Positions 60,778-64,000 of a DNA stretch of 64,000 nucleotides are shown here, in pieces. The notes beneath the pieces are model-generated. The model saw nothing but the letters and a program-made list of their open reading frames with translations, was not told the DNA's origin and did not search any database. The DNA lies in assembly GCA_034520945.1 (NCBI GenBank), contig JAXHNB010000001.1:192001-256000 (forward strand), in the 5' to 3' direction. The translations under genes and the position numbers were made by a program. Position 1 is the first letter of the stretch. Each line of letters begins with the position of its first letter. The stretch comes from Trueperaceae bacterium. GTDB taxonomy: Bacteria > Deinococcota > Deinococci > Deinococcales > Trueperaceae.

Positions 60778-61908
60778 CCTCCCTCACGCTTCCCGTGACC
60801 GACCTGCGCCGCCGGCCCCTTCGCACCACCCTGACCGGGCTGGGCATCGCGGTGGCAGTGTCCTCGTTCCTGACGTTGGTGTCGTTGGCGCAGGGGCTCG
60901 AGCGTGGGTGGATCGCGAGCTTGGAGAGCCGCGGGGTGCACCTCCTCGCCCTCTCCCGCGACACCGTGGAGGTGATGGCGTCCAGCCTCCCCGAGGAGCT
61001 CGCCGGGCGCATCGAAGCGGTCGAGGGCGTACGGCACGCTTCGGGCGAGCTCGCCAACCTCGTGCGCCTGGACGCAGGGGGGACGGAGACCGTGCACGCT
61101 ACGGTCCGCGGCTGGCCGCCCGGGAGCTTCAAGTGGGACGAACTCGCCCTCCGCGAAGGGCGCCCGCCCGGGCCCAGCGACGAAGACGGGGCGGTCGTCG
61201 GTGCCGCGCTGGCTCGCCTCGGCGGGCTGCGGGTGGGGGCGACCTTGCAGGTGCGCGGCCGCGCGCTGCGGGTGACCGGCGTGGCGGAGGGGGGCGGCGT
61301 GTGGAACGAGCGCACCCTGTTCTTGCCCCTCGCGACGATGCAGAGCCTCTTCGACCGGCCGGGGCAGGTGACGGAGTTCGCCCTGCAGGTGGACCGCCCG
61401 CACGACCACACGTTCGTGCAGGAGCTCCGCGCGACGCTGGAGGAGGCGTTCCCGCGCCTCACGTTCCTGCCGGCCGAGCAGGTGGTCCGCGAGAACGACG
61501 TGGTCACCACCTTCCGCGCCTTCTCCTGGGCCGTGTCGGCCGTGGCGATGGCGATGGCGCTGGTGGTGGTCGCGAACACGCTGCTGATGTCGGTGACCGA
61601 GCGCGTACGGGAGATCGCCATCCTCGTCGCGCTGGGTTGGAGCCAGCAACGCGTGTTGGCTGACCGTGCTGCTGCAGGGGTTCCTGCTCACCGCCGTGGG
61701 GGCGGCGGCGGGCGTGGCGTTGGGGGCACTGTCGTTGCGGGTCGTGTTGCGGCACCCGACGCTGGGCGGCCTGGTGGACCCGGGCTTGAGGCCCGACCTG
61801 GTCGCCGTGACGCTCGCCGCCGCGTTGCTGGTGGGCGCGCTCGGCAGCCTCGTTCCCGCATGGCGGGCCGCGCGTGCCGACCCGGTGGAGGGTCTGCGCC
61901 ATGGCTGA
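60774..61908 (+). pseudogene. MacB/FtsX-type ABC permease, frameshifted (real or sequencing error)
   Basis: RTTLTGLGIAVAV and NTLLMSVTERVREIAILVALGW; the C-terminal PAWRAARADPVEGLR lies in another frame after an indel near 61659. Confidence 0.8.
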
Positions 61909-62626
61909 ACGGCTTGGGGGCGTGCTCGCGTCGGCGTTCGCCCAGCAGCCCTACCTCGGCCTGGGCATGCTCCTCCTGCTCGCCGCCGTGATCTGCTCGG
62001 CGCTCGTGCCCACGCGTCCGAAGGTGGCGGCCTGGGCGGCGGGGGCGGCGGCCCCCTTCGGGTTGTTCGAGTACGTCTTCTACGTGCCGGAGTACTGGGC
62101 GCCGGTGCAGTGGCGTCTCTCCTGGGTCGGCCTCGCCGACCTTCTGTTCACGTTCGCGGCCGGCGGGTTGGCCTGGCTGCTGGCGACCACGCCCTGTCGG
62201 GGCCGGCTCCGCCCTTCGTGGAACGCCAGGCGGGTCGCGCGGCGCTTCTTCGGTTGCACGGTCCTGGGGTTGCTGCTCGCGTTGCTGATTCAGGGCGCGG
62301 GGTTGCCGATGTACCTCGCCAGCCTCGTGGCGATGTGGTTCGGGTGGGGCTGCGTGGTGTGGCGCCACACGAACATGCGGTGGTTGGGGTTGGTCGGAGG
62401 GCCCGCGTTCGCGACCGTGTACGTCCTCGCGTTGCACGCCGCATTCGCCCTTGCGCCGGAGTTCTCGTCGCAATGGAACTCGGCCACCCTGTCGGGGATC
62501 ACGTGGGGTGGCATTCCGGTCGAGGAGATCGCGTGGGCAGGCACGTTCGGTGCCGTATGGCCGAGCTTCATGGCGTACGTCCTGGCGGTGCGGCCCATGG
62601 GGCGCGCCGATGCCGTGCCCGGCTGA
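61901..62626 (+). CDS. Lycopene cyclase domain-containing membrane protein (duplicated CrtYc/Yd-like repeat)
   Basis: Two repeats ending in VGLADLLF and GIPVEEIAW; PEYWAP and WN...SG motifs; overlaps the permease end. Confidence 0.65.
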   Translation: MAERLGGVLASAFAQQPYLGLGMLLLLAAVICSALVPTRPKVAAWAAGAAAPFGLFEYVFYVPEYWAPVQWRLSWVGLADLLFTFAAGGLAWLLATTPCRGRLRPSWNARRVARRFFGCTVLGLLLALLIQGAGLPMYLASLVAMWFGWGCVVWRHTNMRWLGLVGGPAFATVYVLALHAAFALAPEFSSQWNSATLSGITWGGIPVEEIAWAGTFGAVWPSFMAYVLAVRPMGRADAVPG

Positions 62627-62712
62627 GCGCCGGTCGTCCGGGCGCGGACTCGCGTGTGCGTGCAGGGGGCGGATGCCCGGCGCCGCGGCCGGGCATCCCT
62701 GTACGCCTGCGC

Positions 62713-63328
62713 CTACTCCATCGGCGCGACGTCCTGCAGGAACGGCGGCAACGCCTTGGCGCCGTCCGGCACTTCGTCCCAGGACACGCGGCCGGCGCTG
62801 ACGATGGCGTCGGGCGCCAGCGCGGGATCGTTGAGCACCATGGCGGCGGTGCCATCGACGGCCATCGGCCCGCACCTCCGTGATCGGCGCGGCGCCGGGG
62901 CCGGTGGGTTCGCCGACCACGATGCGCATCACCATGCCGAAGATCTCGTGCGGGGCGCACCACACGTCGTGCACGCCGGGGGCGTCGAAGGTGTACGACC
63001 CCGACTCGCCTACCGGGATCACGGGCGAGGAGAACGGCGGCACGCCCTCGGGGACGCGCAGGGGCTTCCCTTGCGCCGGGATGGTAGGCGGTGACGGTGT
63101 GGTGGGCGTGGCGGCGACGAAGCGGACCGTGTCGCCGGGCTGCACGTGGAGGTTGGCGGGCTCGAAGAAGTAACCGGGAGGCGCGGCCTACCTCACGATG
63201 AGCAGCTGACGCGTGCGTTCGTTGGGCGCCGGGTGCTTTTGCGGGCTCGAAGAAGTAGAACTCCGGGAAGGCGCGGCCCCACCTCACGAATGAGCAGCTG
63301 TACCGCGTGCGTTCGTTGGGCGCCGGGT
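62713..63328 (-). pseudogene. Plastocyanin/halocyanin-like blue copper protein, multiply frameshifted
   Basis: FEPANLHVQPGDTVRF, HTVTAYH, CAPHEIFGMV (Cys/His/Met ligands) and VLNDPAL are spread over three frames; N-terminal export signal not found. Confidence 0.7.
63156..63328. repeat. Imperfect tandem duplication (79 bp and 88 bp)
   Basis: 63156-63234 and 63241-63328 both run GCGGGCTCGAAGAAGTA...CGCGTGCGTTCGTTGGGCGCCGGGT and differ mainly by indels. Confidence 0.9.
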
Positions 63329-63357
63329 CACGCTCCGCCGTCAGAGGAGTGCGTCGT

Positions 63358-64000
63358 TCACCCGCACGCTTCGCCCCCCGCCCGCGCCACGACCTCCACG
63401 AACACGTCGAAGGCGTCGGCCACGTCGATCACGCCGAGGGTGCTCTCCGGTTCGATGCCGTGCTCGGTCATGTGGGTCGTCAGGGTCGCGCGGAAGCGCC
63501 AGGTGCCGTCGACGTTGCGGGACACGCGGACGGGGACGCGCGCATCGCGCGTCTCCCCGTGGAGGCGGAAGGTGCCCTCCACCATCAGGTCGCCGTCCTC
63601 TCCCTGTGACACGGCGTCCGACGTGAACGTGATCTCCGGGTAGGCGACGGCGTCCAGGAACGCCGGGCCCAGCATCTCCGCCTGCAGGTCTTGGCGCGTG
63701 TCCGCCCCTGGGCGCGACGACAGGCCGGACGCCTCCATGGCGGCGTCGGTGTCCAGCACGAGGGCGCGCGTGGGGACCGGTGAGCTGGACGCTGGAGGCG
63801 GCCGGGTCGTCCTGCGCGTAGCAGAGCCGTCCCGACCATTCGGTGGCGAGGATGGCGTGGTCGTGCCCCAGGAAGCCGAGGGCGCCGGCGCGGCCGGTGA
63901 CGGCGTAGACGGAGGAGCGCTCGCGGTCGATCTCGAAACGCATCGCTTGCGCCTCGGCGTTCTGCGACGCGAACCCCAAGACGAGCAGGAGAAGTGCCGA
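63358..64000 (-). pseudogene. YceI family protein, frameshifted near 63779, 5' end outside the window
   Basis: GHDH motif in one frame; MLGPAFLDAVAYPEITFTS, GTFRLHG and HGIEP in another; one extra base at the junction. Confidence 0.75.

Overview
A very GC-rich bacterial chromosome segment, most likely Deinococcota (Trueperaceae-like; inference). The supporting signs are a GlnRS fused to a YqeY domain, a short Thermus-type EF-Ts, a zinc-finger-less DnaJ and many TANNNT-N5-7-start leaderless genes; acidic exported proteins hint at salt adaptation. The first ~59 kb is mostly housekeeping: dnaK-grpE-dnaJ, a PrsA-like foldase, pdxH, yyaL-addB-addA, nagA plus an SIS gene, glnS, rpsB-tsf-pyrH-frr-cdsA, ctaA-ctaB-surf1, tal, a complete ccdA-ccmABCDEFGHI operon ending in a Rieske gene, msrA, an SsuABC/NitT-like ABC importer, sqr, msrB, redox and Nudix genes, a NarL-type two-component module, rplS and tRNA-Ala(GGC). 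Downstream of the tRNA the genes carry repeated single-base indels and a noisy duplication, which points to either a decaying island or a poor consensus. The best leads are: (i) a RusA-like Holliday-junction resolvase outside any prophage; (ii) a His-rich membrane protein paired with a Cys-less cupredoxin fusion, a candidate metal-handling system; (iii) an AddAB whose AddB nuclease motif looks inactive; (iv) a CcmI-cytochrome c fusion coupled to a Rieske protein; (v) a Lia-like module with two paralogous membrane proteins and 24-bp-phased operator boxes. No CRISPR array, rRNA, integrase or transposase was seen. All calls come from motif recognition by eye; no searches were run.
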